Shown here: piece by piece, positions 34,256 to 45,616 of the stretch
Position numbering within the stretch: the stretch's first letter is position 1
How the letters are laid out: each line of letters opens with the position of its first letter
From: Thraustochytrium aureum
Lineage: Eukaryota
Length of the DNA stretch: 64,000 nt
Direction of reading: 5' to 3'
NCBI GenBank assembly: GCA_012862495.1
Contig: BLSG01000402.1
Location: forward strand, 185,701-249,700
Program-made: the position numbers and the translations under genes
The notes under the pieces: generated by a model
The model's input: only the letters and a program-made list of their open reading frames with translations
Told to the model about the DNA's origin: nothing
The model's database searches: none

Positions 34256-35827
34256 ATGGGCTGCACCACGACGAGCGAGCACGGGCTTGACCCCTCAGAG
34301 GTAGACACCTTCGTTCGCGGCGTCCAGGTGGACCACTATGGGCGATCCCGCACCTTCACGGTGTTCAGCTGCGCCCGCCCCTGGTTCCGCGCCTTTCACT
34401 ACTCGTGGTTTTCCTTTTTTCTGGCTTTCACCGGTTGGTTCGCGATCGTGCCCGCGCTCGAGTACCTCGTCGAAGACAAGTCCAACGACATCACCACCGA
34501 GGTGCGCAAAACTTCCAACATTGTGAGCGTGCTCGGCACCGTCTTTCTACGGCTCGCGATCGGCCCGATGCTCGAGCGTTGGGGCCCGCGCCGACTCCAG
34601 TCGCTGCTGCTCACGTACGGCGCAGTGATGGTGATGCTCAGCGCGCTTGTCAACACGGCCAACGGGCTCTACGTGATCCGCTTTGCCATTTCTTTCGTGG
34701 GCGCCGCCTTCGTCCCATGCCAGTATTGGACGTCTATGATGTTTGCAGGCGATGTAGTTGGCCAGGCGAACGCGTTCGCTGGAGGCTGGGGCAACCTTGG
34801 TGGCGGGTTCACCTCGGTCTTTGTGGCCTCCCTGATCGCTGCGTTCCAAAACTACTTTGACGACAACACAGCTTGGCGCGTTGCGATGGTCGTCCCGGGC
34901 ATCATGATGCTCTCCGTCAGCATCCCCATGTACTTTTACAGCGACGACTCGCCGCAGGGCATCTGGTCCAAGCGGCTGTACAACAACGAAAAGTCGGCTC
35001 ACGCAAAGACGGTCGCTGTAGCCCCTTCGGACAGCCCCGACGTCGAGAAGGCCACTTCAACAAGCTGCGTCGAGAGCGACGCGGTCAAGCCCTGGGTGGA
35101 CTGGCGCGTCTGGGTCCTGTTTATCCAGTACGGCGCGTGTTTTGGAACGGAGCTCACGATCAACAACACGATGACTTCGTACCTGTACACGAGCTTCACT
35201 GACGCGGCAGTGGTAGACGGAGTGGACTGCGCTGCAGACCCCTATGATGCGGACGGCGACTTTGTCGCCGCCTGCTCGACCCTTGGCAAGAACAACGCTG
35301 CCATGGTTGCTGGGCTCTTCGGCCTGATGAACATCTTTGCACGCGCATTGGGCGGCCTCCTCTCGGACCGGCTCAACCGCGTGCTGTACATGCGGGGGCG
35401 CTTGATCGCACAGTTTGTCTGCCTCCTCGGCGAAGGCATCATGCTCATCATCTTCAGCCGCATCCGCAACTTGGAGCTTGCAATCGCCATGCTCATTGGG
35501 TTTAGCGTCTTTGTGCAGGCCTCGGAGGGCTCCACGTACAGCGTCGTGCCGTTTGTCTGCAAGAACATTGGTGTCGTTGCTGGCATTGTTGGCGCAGGCG
35601 GCAACGTCGGCGCCGTGTCTTGGTCGACCATGATCAAGGTCGTCGATTCCACCGCGGACGCCTACCTCTACCTCGGCTTTATTGTCGTCGGCAGCGCCTT
35701 CCTCACCTTTTTCATCTCCATCAACGGCACGGGCATCCTCTTTGGTCCCAACCCGGTTACGAACCGGCCCACGGACGACAGCGCGTCCGAGGCCGGCTCT
35801 GAAGGGTTCGGGGACGAGGACAAGTGA
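34256..35827 (+). CDS. NRT2: NRT2 nitrate transporter, copy 3 (close paralog of copy 1)
   Basis: RKTSNIVSVLGTVFLRLAIGPMLERWGPRRLQS and VVGQANAFAGGWGNLGGGFTSVFVASLIA nearly identical to copy 1. Confidence 0.95.
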   Translation: MGCTTTSEHGLDPSEVDTFVRGVQVDHYGRSRTFTVFSCARPWFRAFHYSWFSFFLAFTGWFAIVPALEYLVEDKSNDITTEVRKTSNIVSVLGTVFLRLAIGPMLERWGPRRLQSLLLTYGAVMVMLSALVNTANGLYVIRFAISFVGAAFVPCQYWTSMMFAGDVVGQANAFAGGWGNLGGGFTSVFVASLIAAFQNYFDDNTAWRVAMVVPGIMMLSVSIPMYFYSDDSPQGIWSKRLYNNEKSAHAKTVAVAPSDSPDVEKATSTSCVESDAVKPWVDWRVWVLFIQYGACFGTELTINNTMTSYLYTSFTDAAVVDGVDCAADPYDADGDFVAACSTLGKNNAAMVAGLFGLMNIFARALGGLLSDRLNRVLYMRGRLIAQFVCLLGEGIMLIIFSRIRNLELAIAMLIGFSVFVQASEGSTYSVVPFVCKNIGVVAGIVGAGGNVGAVSWSTMIKVVDSTADAYLYLGFIVVGSAFLTFFISINGTGILFGPNPVTNRPTDDSASEAGSEGFGDEDK

Positions 35828-36602
35828 GCCAGCTTCTTGATCGAGTCTCTCACCGGTTGAGAGGCGGGTTTGAGCTCGAGGCCCCCGCGCAGCGAGGACG
35901 ATCATCCAAAACAAAAACAAAAAACTGCGGCGCCACCAACGCCGCGTCAAGGAGGAAGCGACTGGGCCGGCCTCTGTGGCGGTCTTCTGGCATCTGAATT
36001 CTGATCATCCGCTGTTTGCCCCATGATACTTGGCTGGGTGCATCGTCATTTTCACCTGGCGGTGGTGGGCACGAATTGCTGAACTCTACGTTACACTCTC
36101 CTGCCGGGTATCGGGTAAATTTATAGAGATGTCTTTTTACAGCGGTTGATTGGCAAGGCTTGCTCACCGTGACCGCCCCAGCTGGTTCAGCAGCACGCTT
36201 TGTCCACGCATCACTCGCCGGCGCGTCCGGGCCAGTTTCGCTGAAAAAAAGGTGGAGCCACTTGCTGACGGTCCCCCTCGCGGACAAGCACTTGCAGCGA
36301 CGTCGACTACCTGGCTGATCGAGCTTGTGAGTTTTCAATTGAAAGAAGCGGCCGCCGGTCAGCGCCAGGGCCAAGGCCAATTGTCGCCCGGCGAAGCAAG
36401 GCGGACGGACACTCGATTACTGAATCACCATCCGGGACGCGCGGCGGAGCAATCGGTCGATGGTGTGTCCTCCAATCTGCAACACTCGAAACGCAGCAGA
36501 TCACTCGCTCGCTTCTCGTGGCCCATTGCCCTGCAAGCGCAATCCCCCTTGAGACACACAGACCCCGGAACTGCAGCGCGGAATCACGAGCGCCTGAAGG
36601 AG

Positions 36603-37868
36603 ATGTCGCACGCCCACGAGGCCTGCGACAGTGTCACCGCGCTACCGCCGTCGATCGCGCGAGGCGCAACAAGCACGAGGCCATGCCAAAGTGGGCCTGT
36701 TCCCGTTCGAAGCACCATGGTCGGCATCGAGACGCAGCATGACAGCGCCGTGTGGACGGCCTGCGCCGTTTCGCTCGGCGAAGGACGAGCAGGGATCGCC
36801 ACTGCGAGCGCAGACAATACTGTCGTCGTGCGCGACGCGGTCTCTAATTCTGTTGTCGCGACTTGCCGAGGCCACCTGGACATGGTCTGGGGCCTGTGCG
36901 CTTGCAAGTTGTCTGCGAGGCGATCAGTGCTCATCAGCGCCTCGTGGGACCGCACCGTTGTGGCCTGGGACCCCAAAACCGGGGCTATGCTTTGGAAGGC
37001 GAACGACGGCCACCCTGTCTACAGCATCATCGCGCTCCGCGCGAGCGACGGTTCGTTTCTCGTCGCGGCCGGGAACCGCGAAGGGCGCATCGTCGTGCGC
37101 AGCGCGAGGTCGGGCAGGTTTGTTGCCGCCTGCAAAGGCCACACCGACTCGGTTTGGACTTTGGCCGCAGTCCCTGGCGTGGGTGGCGGCGGGCAGGTGC
37201 TCTGCTCGGGGTCGGTTGACCGCTCGATCCGCCTGTGGGATCCACGGACGGGAGCGATGCTTTGGTCCTCCAAAGCAAGTAATGTAGTGAAACGAGCACT
37301 GGGCTGGCGCATGTCTGGCCCGCACCGCGGAGAGGTCCACTCGGTTGCCTTTGTTCCCGTGAGCGGCACGCCCGGCGTCGTGGCGTCGGCCTCAGACGAC
37401 TGCTCGGTGAAGCTGTGGAGTGCGTCAACTGGACGGCTGCTTGGGACATGCAAAGGCCACAGCGGCGCGGTTCGCGCCTTGTGCCCAGTCAACCTCAAGG
37501 ACGGCCGCGCTTGCGTGGCGAGTTGCTCTGACGACGGATCCGTGCGAGTCTGGGACTTGCAAACCGCAAAACTCGTCAGCACGAGCCAGACCTCGTCGAA
37601 GGACCAAGCCCTGAGCGTCGTTTCGGTGCCCGCTGGCGGGCGCGAGCTCTTGGCCGTCGGGTTTCGGAGTGGCAAGGTGGCGCTTTTCGTGCCCGAGTCG
37701 AGCGGCGAGCCGGCTCTTTGTAGCTCAGACCACGCCGCAGGCGCGCGCGCGTTGGTCGTTGTCGGCGGCGACGCAACGGGGGCCTTGGTGGCTTCGGCGG
37801 GCGTTGACGGCGCCGTCGCGCTGCGCCGCGTCTCGGTCGGGTCCGAAATGCGTGTCCAAGTGCCATGA
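36603..37868 (+). CDS. WD40-repeat protein; start uncertain (36603 or 36717)
   Basis: GHLDMVW...SASWDRTVVAWD, GHTDSVW...SGSVDRSIRLWD, SASDDCSVKLWS, GHSGAV...SCSDDGSVRVWD. Confidence 0.88.
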   Translation: MSHAHEACDSVTALPPSIARGATSTRPCQSGPVPVRSTMVGIETQHDSAVWTACAVSLGEGRAGIATASADNTVVVRDAVSNSVVATCRGHLDMVWGLCACKLSARRSVLISASWDRTVVAWDPKTGAMLWKANDGHPVYSIIALRASDGSFLVAAGNREGRIVVRSARSGRFVAACKGHTDSVWTLAAVPGVGGGGQVLCSGSVDRSIRLWDPRTGAMLWSSKASNVVKRALGWRMSGPHRGEVHSVAFVPVSGTPGVVASASDDCSVKLWSASTGRLLGTCKGHSGAVRALCPVNLKDGRACVASCSDDGSVRVWDLQTAKLVSTSQTSSKDQALSVVSVPAGGRELLAVGFRSGKVALFVPESSGEPALCSSDHAAGARALVVVGGDATGALVASAGVDGAVALRRVSVGSEMRVQVP

Positions 37869-37981
37869 GCAGCCTGCCTCTTGGAGAATTGTACATACTC
37901 TCTCTACTCTTGTACTCTACCACCATAGTAACACGTGAAGCGAACTTGGCTTTCCTCGAGCGGCACGGCAAGGCCCTCCGC

Positions 37982-39574
37982 TCAGGAGAGCACGAGGTTC
38001 GCAAGAATTTGGTCGGCGAGGGCCGCAAGCTTCTCGCCTTGCTCCATGCGAATGACGACCGCCGCGCGCGACAGACGAGCGACCTGCGCCTCCAGGAGCT
38101 CGTTCGCGCGCTCGCGCTGCGCTTTGCGGACCTCTTGGATCTTGGCTCGGTTCGGGTGGCGGAGCACGACCTGCCCCGTCTTCATGTTGAGAAACCTGCG
38201 CCTTTTCTGCGACTTTGGAGGCGCCTTGCTGGGCGCGCGATCGTCGCCGTCGTTGCTGCGCTCGGCGTCGCTGCCGTCGCTGTCGTCCTGAGCAGGCCCC
38301 TCGTCCAAGCCCGACCCAGAGGGCTCATGCTCGACCCACCCTGGCGGCAGCTTGCCTGCCATTAAGCTTGCGGTCATTTTCCGGTTGAAAAGGCGGAACT
38401 GCTCCTCGCAGCGCCGCGCTTCCACAGACTTTAGCATCGTGATCTCCAGCAGCTGCTTTTCAGCAATCACGCGTGCGGCCGCGGCGTGGAGGAGGCTCGC
38501 ACGGGCCTCTGGCGCGCCCCAGGCTCTTCGCGACTGCGCCCACTCTCGCATGAGACGGGCCTCACGGCGGTTCCCCTCTTCCCAGGACAGCAGGCGTTTT
38601 CGAGCAGCTGCGGCCCACATCCGCGCCGCGCTCTGCACCGTGAGGAGCTTGCGCGGCGAGTAGTAGGCCCGCCCCTCGCCCCGGAATCCAGTGCTTCTTG
38701 CCCTCATGCGCTTCCACCGCCAGCGCCGCGCCAAGCGCCGGCACGCGACCCTGAGGCGGATTTGGTGCAGCGCAGAGCGTCTGCGGTGCCAGATGCGAAA
38801 CCAACGCATTATCCGGCAGAGCGCGCCGCGTCGGGCGGATTGACGCCGAGCAAGGAAAATACGAACTGCGCGCTGCAGCAGATGCACGCTGTACAGCCGG
38901 CGAAGCGAGTGGATCCGGTGCTCAACCTTCTTTTGAATCACGTTGCCGGGTCGCTCGGCGGCGACCGGCATGCGCGGCGGCCGCGCACGACTTGCGCCGT
39001 TCCCGTCAACCTTGAACTCGAACCACGCGGCGAGCTTTTCAAAGTGATCCCTGGAAAGCTGCACGAGGCCAGCAAGTGGTGCGTTGTTTGAATCGATGCC
39101 CCAGCTCGAGACGCACAGGAACTGCTCGAGGTTGGCGTTTTCGCTTTGCAGCCGGAACGCGGCTGGTCGGATGTGACGACGAAGCGTCGCCTCGAGCCCG
39201 GGCTTCGCATCCGCCGACCTTCGAATGCAAGCCAGCGTGCTGTCCTCGTGCTGGCGCCTCCACTCTTCGCGAAACCTGCACTCCATAAGGACTTTCCGGT
39301 GTTCGTTTGTGGACGCCAACTTGGCCTCGCCCTGGTCCGGCCGGTGCTGAGCCGTTCGAGCGGCTGTTAGCATCCTGACCGCGTCCTCGGCTCGCGCGAG
39401 CTCGTGCCTGAGCAGCTCATCAACGTCGACCACGCCGGCGGTCGCGCCATGGTCTTCACCCGCACCGAGTTCGTCCGGCGCCCCAGGTGCGTCCGGCGCA
39501 CCGAGTTCGTCCGGCGCCCCAGGTGCGTCCGGCGCACCGGGCTGACCTCGTGCAGCCGCGGTTGTTGAGTGCAT
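37982..39574 (-). CDS. Hypothetical coiled-coil protein with IQ-like motifs and a split WW-like element; 5' end uncertain
   Basis: LQRAVRIFLARR, VQSAARMWAA, LPPGWVEH...FLNMKTG...RHP. Confidence 0.65.
   Translation of the reverse strand: MHSTTAAARGQPGAPDAPGAPDELGAPDAPGAPDELGAGEDHGATAGVVDVDELLRHELARAEDAVRMLTAARTAQHRPDQGEAKLASTNEHRKVLMECRFREEWRRQHEDSTLACIRRSADAKPGLEATLRRHIRPAAFRLQSENANLEQFLCVSSWGIDSNNAPLAGLVQLSRDHFEKLAAWFEFKVDGNGASRARPPRMPVAAERPGNVIQKKVEHRIHSLRRLYSVHLLQRAVRIFLARRQSARRGALCRIMRWFRIWHRRRSALHQIRLRVACRRLARRWRWKRMRARSTGFRGEGRAYYSPRKLLTVQSAARMWAAAARKRLLSWEEGNRREARLMREWAQSRRAWGAPEARASLLHAAAARVIAEKQLLEITMLKSVEARRCEEQFRLFNRKMTASLMAGKLPPGWVEHEPSGSGLDEGPAQDDSDGSDAERSNDGDDRAPSKAPPKSQKRRRFLNMKTGQVVLRHPNRAKIQEVRKAQRERANELLEAQVARLSRAAVVIRMEQGEKLAALADQILANLVLS
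39461..39540. repeat. 36-bp tandem repeat (GAPDAPGAPDEL x2)
   Basis: CGCACCGAGTTCGTCCGGCGCCCCAGGTGCGTCCGG twice. Confidence 0.92.
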
Positions 39575-40991
39575 ACGCGCGGGGCGAAACCCCGATGCCG
39601 ATGCGCTCGCTCGAGAGGCCCGCGATCGCTCGATCGCCCTACGCCGTGCCGAGCTCCTGGCCGCTGTGGTGGAGCTGCTCCGCTCGCTGCTCTTTCCCTC
39701 GACTCACGATGATCGACGGCGGGTAACGCATCAAAATGACCGTTGCGGGCAGCGAGCGCCCAACCCCGCCCGGGCTGGCAGCCCGGCTGGTTGGCGTGCT
39801 TGCTTGCTTGCTGGACGGCTTGCTCGCTCGCCGGACCGCTCNNNNNNNNNNNNNNNNNNNNNNNNNNNNNNNNNNNNNNNNNNNNNNNNNNNNNNNNNNN
39901 NNNNNNNNNNNNNNNNNNNNNNNNNNNNNNNNNNNNNNNNNNNNNNNNNNNNNNNNNNNNNNNNNNNNNNNNNNNNNNNNNNNNNNNNNNNNNNNNNNNN
40001 NNNNNNNNNNNNNNNNNNNNNNNNNNNNNNNNNNNNNNNNNNNNNNNNNNNNNNNNNNNNNNNNNNNNNNNNNNNNNNNNNNNNNNNNNNNNNNNNNNNN
40101 NNNNNNNNNNNNNNNNNNNNNNNNNNNNNNNNNNNNNNNNNNNNNNNNNNNNNNNNNNNNNNNNNNNNNNNNNNNNNNNNNNNNNNNNNNNNNNNNNNNN
40201 NNNNNNNNNNNNNNNNNNNNNNNNNNNNNNNNNNNNNNNNNNNNNNNNNNNNNNNNNNNNNNNNNNNNNNNNNNNNNNNNNNNNNNNNNNNNNNNNNNNN
40301 NNNNNNNNNNNNNNNNNNNNNNNNNNNNNNNNNNNNNNNNNNNNNNNNNNNNNNNNNNNNNNNNNNNNNNNNNNNNNNNNNNNNNNNNNNNNNNNNNNNN
40401 NNNNNNNNNNNNNNNNNNNNNNNNNNNNNNNNNNNNNNNNNNNNNNNNNNNNNNNNNNNNNNNNNNNNNNNNNNNNNNNNNNNNNNNNNNNNNNNNNNNN
40501 NNNNNNNNNNNNNNNNNNNNNNNNNNNNNNNNNNNNNNNNNNNNNNNNNNNNNNNNNNNNNNNNNNNNNNNNNNNNNNNNNNNNNNNNNNNNNNNNNNNN
40601 NNNNNNNNNNNNNNNNNNNNNNNNNNNNNNNNNNNNNNNNNNNNNNNNNNNNNNNNNNNNNNNNNNNNNNNNNNNNNNNNNNNNNNNNNNNNNNNNNNNN
40701 NNNNNNNNNNNNNNNNNNNNNNNNNNNNNNNNNNNNNNNNNNNNNNNNNNNNNNNNNNNNNNNNNNNNNNNNNNNNNNNNNNNNNNNNNNNNNNNNNNNN
40801 NNNNNNNNNNNNNNNNNNNNNNNNNNNNNNNNNNATCTTGATAACGAAAACGAGACTGGTTCTCAACATGGCTTTGGTCAACCGAGGCTCTCCACAACTC
40901 AATTCTCTAACTAAACGACGCCCGCAGAGCAAGGGCTAACACAACCGACATAGTGTACAGGTCACCGCGGAGAAGCCTGTCAAAAGACGAT

Positions 40992-42089
40992 TCAGCTCAG
41001 TTGGAAGTTGTACTTGATGGCGACTTGGGCGAGCCCCATTGCCAGCATGGCGCACGCGGCGACGAGGTTCGCGCGCCACACCGGCATCGCCTCGTGCGCC
41101 TCTTTGAGCAGCTCGAAAAAAGCCACGTAGGTCATTGCCCCAGCCGCGAAGGCGCAGCCGATCGGCGTGACGCACGTGAACACGTCCACCAAGAGAAAGG
41201 ACGGAACAGCCAAGAGCGGCTGCGGCAAGCTGGAGAAGATGCACCACAGAGCCGTGCTGACGAGAGAAAAGCCGCGCGGGATGAGCACCACCGCGCAAGC
41301 CAAGCCTTCCGGGATGTTGTGGATCGCGAGCGAGGCCGACACCACCCCTCCAAGCGACTGTGACCTGTGCGACACGCCGATTCCGACGCCCTCGCTGAAC
41401 GAGTGCACAGTCATAGCGGCCATAATCACCAGGACGCGCGCAAGGCTGCGCTTGGACGAGGCGTCGGCGAGTTTGTCCGGCTCCACGTCACTGACGAGGT
41501 ATTCGGTGACCTTGATGAACAAAACACCGAGCCAAAAGCCGATGATCACGCTGACGGCTGGTGGCAGCGTTGCGTCCGGAGCAGCAGCGTCAAAGGCTCC
41601 CTCGCCAACGAGGCCGATCGAGGCCGCGATCATGACGCCGGCGGCCACGGCGTTGCTCGCGGCAACGACGCCGTCGCTGAGCCGGCTCACAAGCAAGAAG
41701 GGGGCCACGCCGAGTCCGGAGCAGACCGCGCTGATCCACCCGCTCGACCAGACGAACAGCGCGGCCTGGCTGCGAGGCGCTGTGCCCAAGTTGAAGTCCG
41801 GGTCGGCGGACGCTTGTTGGACAAAGTAAATGCTGTGCACGGTCAGCAGGCCGACGAGGGCCAGGAGACCTTGTTGAAGCCTGCAGGCCCCTGAAACGGC
41901 GGTGGCGGCGTCCCTGGCTTGCTGCTGCAGGCCCTTTTCGCAGGCGTCGGCTTCCTCGTGGCACCTGCACTTGGCTCCCTCGAGCACGAGCCCGGTGGCC
42001 GTCACGGCGACGCCGCCGCCCAGCTGCAGCCCTTGCGCGGCCAGCCCGCCATACCCCTGCAGCCGAGCGCCTTGCTCGATGTTGCACAT
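40992..42089 (-). CDS. ZIP (ZupT/GufA-like) metal transporter, copy 1, intronless
   Basis: AMTVHSFSEGVGIG, LAIHNIPEGLA, SSLPQP, FAAGAM. Confidence 0.9.
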   Translation of the reverse strand: MCNIEQGARLQGYGGLAAQGLQLGGGVAVTATGLVLEGAKCRCHEEADACEKGLQQQARDAATAVSGACRLQQGLLALVGLLTVHSIYFVQQASADPDFNLGTAPRSQAALFVWSSGWISAVCSGLGVAPFLLVSRLSDGVVAASNAVAAGVMIAASIGLVGEGAFDAAAPDATLPPAVSVIIGFWLGVLFIKVTEYLVSDVEPDKLADASSKRSLARVLVIMAAMTVHSFSEGVGIGVSHRSQSLGGVVSASLAIHNIPEGLACAVVLIPRGFSLVSTALWCIFSSLPQPLLAVPSFLLVDVFTCVTPIGCAFAAGAMTYVAFFELLKEAHEAMPVWRANLVAACAMLAMGLAQVAIKYNFQLS

Positions 42090-44717
42090 CGCGTCCGCCA
42101 GGCCAGCGCGCGGGCCTGCGCAGTCGCAACGTGAGAGTTCGACGCTGCAGCGAGCAGGTGCGCGCTGCGCAGCCACCTGCAGCTGCTGCAGCTGCTGCTG
42201 CAGATGCTGTTTAGGCAGCGACCACCAGCGCGAGGCTCGCAGCAGCAGGTCGGTGTCTCCTGCGCACGCACAGGGCCTCAGCGACAAGCACTCTGCTCCG
42301 CGCACTGCTGGCTGGCTGGCTGGCTCGAGCTCGTTCGTTGGCTTGCAGGCTCTTGTCTGCTCGAGGGCTGGAGGGCCGATGAACACTAGACTGGTGTCTC
42401 GTCGGATGGATGTCTGGCGAGTCTGGAGGGGTGAAGGACCCTTGTGACACGTTGTGTCATTGGAGGAATGCCAGCAGCGGCGCTCCTGATGATTCTCTGA
42501 TTCTGGCCTGATGATTCTGCTGCAGGAGGAGACTCGTGGAGCCGGCCAGCTCCGGCCGTTATTCACCTCAGTACTTACTCTAGCGGCCTGCCGCTCACTG
42601 GCACTTCCTCCTCCTCAGCNNNNNNNNNNNNNNNNNNNNNNNNNNNNNNNNNNNNNNNNNNNNNNNNNNNNNNNNNNNNNNNNNNNNNNNNNNNNNNNNN
42701 NNNNNNNNNNNNNNNNNNNNNNNNNNNNNNNNNNNNNNNNNNNNNNNNNNNNNNNNNNNNNNNNNNNNNNNNNNNNNNNNNNNNNNNNNNNNNNNNNNNN
42801 NNNNNNNNNNNNNNNNNNNNNNNNNNNNNNNNNNNNNNNNNNNNNNNNNNNNNNNNNNNNNNNNNNNNNNNNNNNNNNNNNNNNNNNNNNNNNNNNNNNN
42901 NNNNNNNNNNNNNNNNNNNNNNNNNNNNNNNNNNNNNNNNNNNNNNNNNNNNNNNNNNNNNNNNNNNNNNNNNNNNNNNNNNNNNNNNNNNNNNNNNNNN
43001 NNNNNNNNNNNNNNNNNNNNNNNNNNNNNNNNNNNNNNNNNNNNNNNNNNNNNNNNNNNNNNNNNNNNNNNNNNNNNNNNNNNNNNNNNNNNNNNNNNNN
43101 NNNNNNNNNNNNNNNNNNNNNNNNNNNNNNNNNNNNNNNNNNNNNNNNNNNNNNNNNNNNNNNNNNNNNNNNNNNNNNNNNNNNNNNNNNNNNNNNNNNN
43201 NNNNNNNNNNNNNNNNNNNNNNNNNNNNNNNNNNNNNNNNNNNNNNNNNNNNNNNNNNNNNNNNNNNNNNNNNNNNNNNNNNNNNNNNNNNNNNNNNNNN
43301 NNNNNNNNNNNNNNNNNNNNNNNNNNNNNNNNNNNNNNNNNNNNNNNNNNNNNNNNNNNNCCTGTGCATTGAAAGGTGTGTACTAGTACGCTAAACTCTG
43401 GAGTCCTCCTCCCATTTCAATGCAAAAGCAGACACGGAGAAAGACACAATGCGTGTGCTTTTGCAGTCTCGGCTTGCTTTGGCAGGCGAGCTGCGAGTTT
43501 CTGTTACGCCGCAAACCTCGCAGAGAAGCTGGACCCCACGCCAGTGGACGCTGCGTGGGCGCGCGGGCACCCAGGAACCCGGCGCGCAGGGCAGCGCTGC
43601 TTCCTGGCGGATACCGTCGTCGTCGGTCGGTTGTGCAAGCGAGTGCCGGTGACGAGTCCGAAACTTGACCTGTCCATCCGCGGGGCAAACGGGCGAGCAG
43701 GCTCGGATTGACGATGCTTCGGTAAAACAGAGCCACTCGCGGTGATACAAACACCTCGCACGAGATTGGAGACCACAACGGGTGTGCAAGGGATGGATGG
43801 AAAGTGACCTCCTGGGCGCATTGCGGTGGATCCACTGGGCTCTCGAGCTAGAGGCCCCGTCGCCGCATGGCAGTGGCAGTGCAGGCAGAGCCAGAGCCAG
43901 AGCCGCGACCCCACCCGAAAGTACAGTTGGCAGACGCTCAGGGGCGCGTTTCCGGTTGCACATTGGTGAATGACAAAGGCTCGCCGAGGCCCTCGTTGCA
44001 GTTCCCCACAGCTGACCTCGCCATCGCACAACGCACCGAGTTGCGCCGCCTGTATTTCGACCGCCTCCCAAGTTGGCGCTTGCGGCCGTTGCCTCGACTG
44101 TGCTCTTGCCACCGTGTTTGAGCAGTGCGAGCACGTTGTTGGCGTTCTGCCACGCGGGGCTAGCCGTTGGCGTTGTGCCCGCTGCGTGTCAGAGTCACGC
44201 AGGCCCGTTCCATGGGCCCGGCCGCAGGTCGCGGGCAGCAGAACTCACGATCCTAGCAACAGCGCTCGCTAGCGCTTGCTGGAAAGGTTCGCTTGCCCTG
44301 GCCTTTCGAAACCTGGCCTCGTGCACGATCAAGGCGCGAGCAGGAGCCCAGCCACGCCTCTCGTGGCGCTGAAGGTTCTCTCGCTTAGGAGGCGGTGCAT
44401 GTATCGGGCTTGCGTTTCGTTGCATACACAGGTGGCGGTGGCACAGATCCTCGTGGAGCTGGCTGTCACACGAGCAGGCCTGCTCGCGCGCATCCATCCG
44501 TTCATCCAATCCCAGCCAAGAGCCTCGCAGAGTCTCGCGTTTCGCGGCTCGAAACGGGCGCCCCGGCAGCTCCGCTCCATCCCACCCACCGTCCACAGAC
44601 CGGGTCGACCGCGCCGGCAAGCAATCGCCTGCAGCAAGCCGGCACCGCCATGTCCAGGAAGCAAATGCCACAAGCAAATGCGACCACCATCGACTGGTGT
44701 GGCATCGATCGCCAGGT

Positions 44718-44852
44718 CACCAACGCCAACAGCAAGCCACCAACGCCAACAGGACGCCACCAATGCCGCCAGGACGCCACCAATGCCGCGAGGACGACGC
44801 CAATGCCGCCAGTAAGCCACCAATGCCGGCAGGACGACGCCAATGCCGCGCC
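44718..44852. repeat. 20-bp minisatellite (CCACCAATGCCGCCAGGACG-like, ~7 copies)
   Basis: Direct reading; unit length is not a multiple of 3. Confidence 0.88.
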
Positions 44853-45616
44853 CAAAACCAATCAAACACGCCTCGACTGACGACAGCCACTCACCCAAAC
44901 CACCCAACCAGCGATCGACCTCCACGTCGGGATCCCTCGCGAGTCGCTCTTCCCCGTCCGCGTCCTCCTTCCTCTCCAGGGCGCCAAAGATGTGACGCTC
45001 CTCGGCATGCTCCTCGGCCTTCAATCAATCAAAAGTCGGTTTGGTGTGAAATGCATCAATTAATAGCGGGCGGCCACTGATAGCGTGTCGGGTCAGGGTT
45101 CGCGGGCGGTGGGTTAGGGCGGCGATGGCTCCCAGCAGCAGCAGGGGAGAGAGGGAGGAGCGGCAGAGCTGGAGCGCGCGTTGGAGGCGGCGGAGGAGCT
45201 GCGCGCGCTCGCTGCGGTGCGCGTCGAGCAGCGCGACCGAGCGAGCGAGCGAAGGNNNNNNNNNNNNNNNNNNNNNNNNNNNNNNNNNNNNNNNNNNNNN
45301 NNNNNNNNNNNNNNNNNNNNNNNNNNNNNNNNNNNNNNNNNNNNNNNNNNNNNNNNNNNNNNNNNNNNNNNNNNNNNNNNNNNNNNNNNNNNNNNNNNNN
45401 NNNNNNNNNNNNNNNNNNNNNNNNNNNNNNNNNNNNNNNNNNNNNNNNNNNNNNNNNNNNNNNNNNNNNNNNNNNNNNNNNNNNNNNNNNNNNNNNNNNN
45501 NNNNNNNNNNNNNNNNNNNNNNNNNNNNNNNNNNNNNNNNNNNNNNNNNNNNNNNNNNNNNNNNNNNNNNNNNNNNNNNNNNNNNNNNNNNNNNNNNNNN
45601 NNNNNNNNNNNNNNNN

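Noticed and set aside
39367..40939. Long ORFs spanning N runs (also at 13094, 33302, 42511, 47528 and others)
   Set aside because: Artefacts of translating gaps
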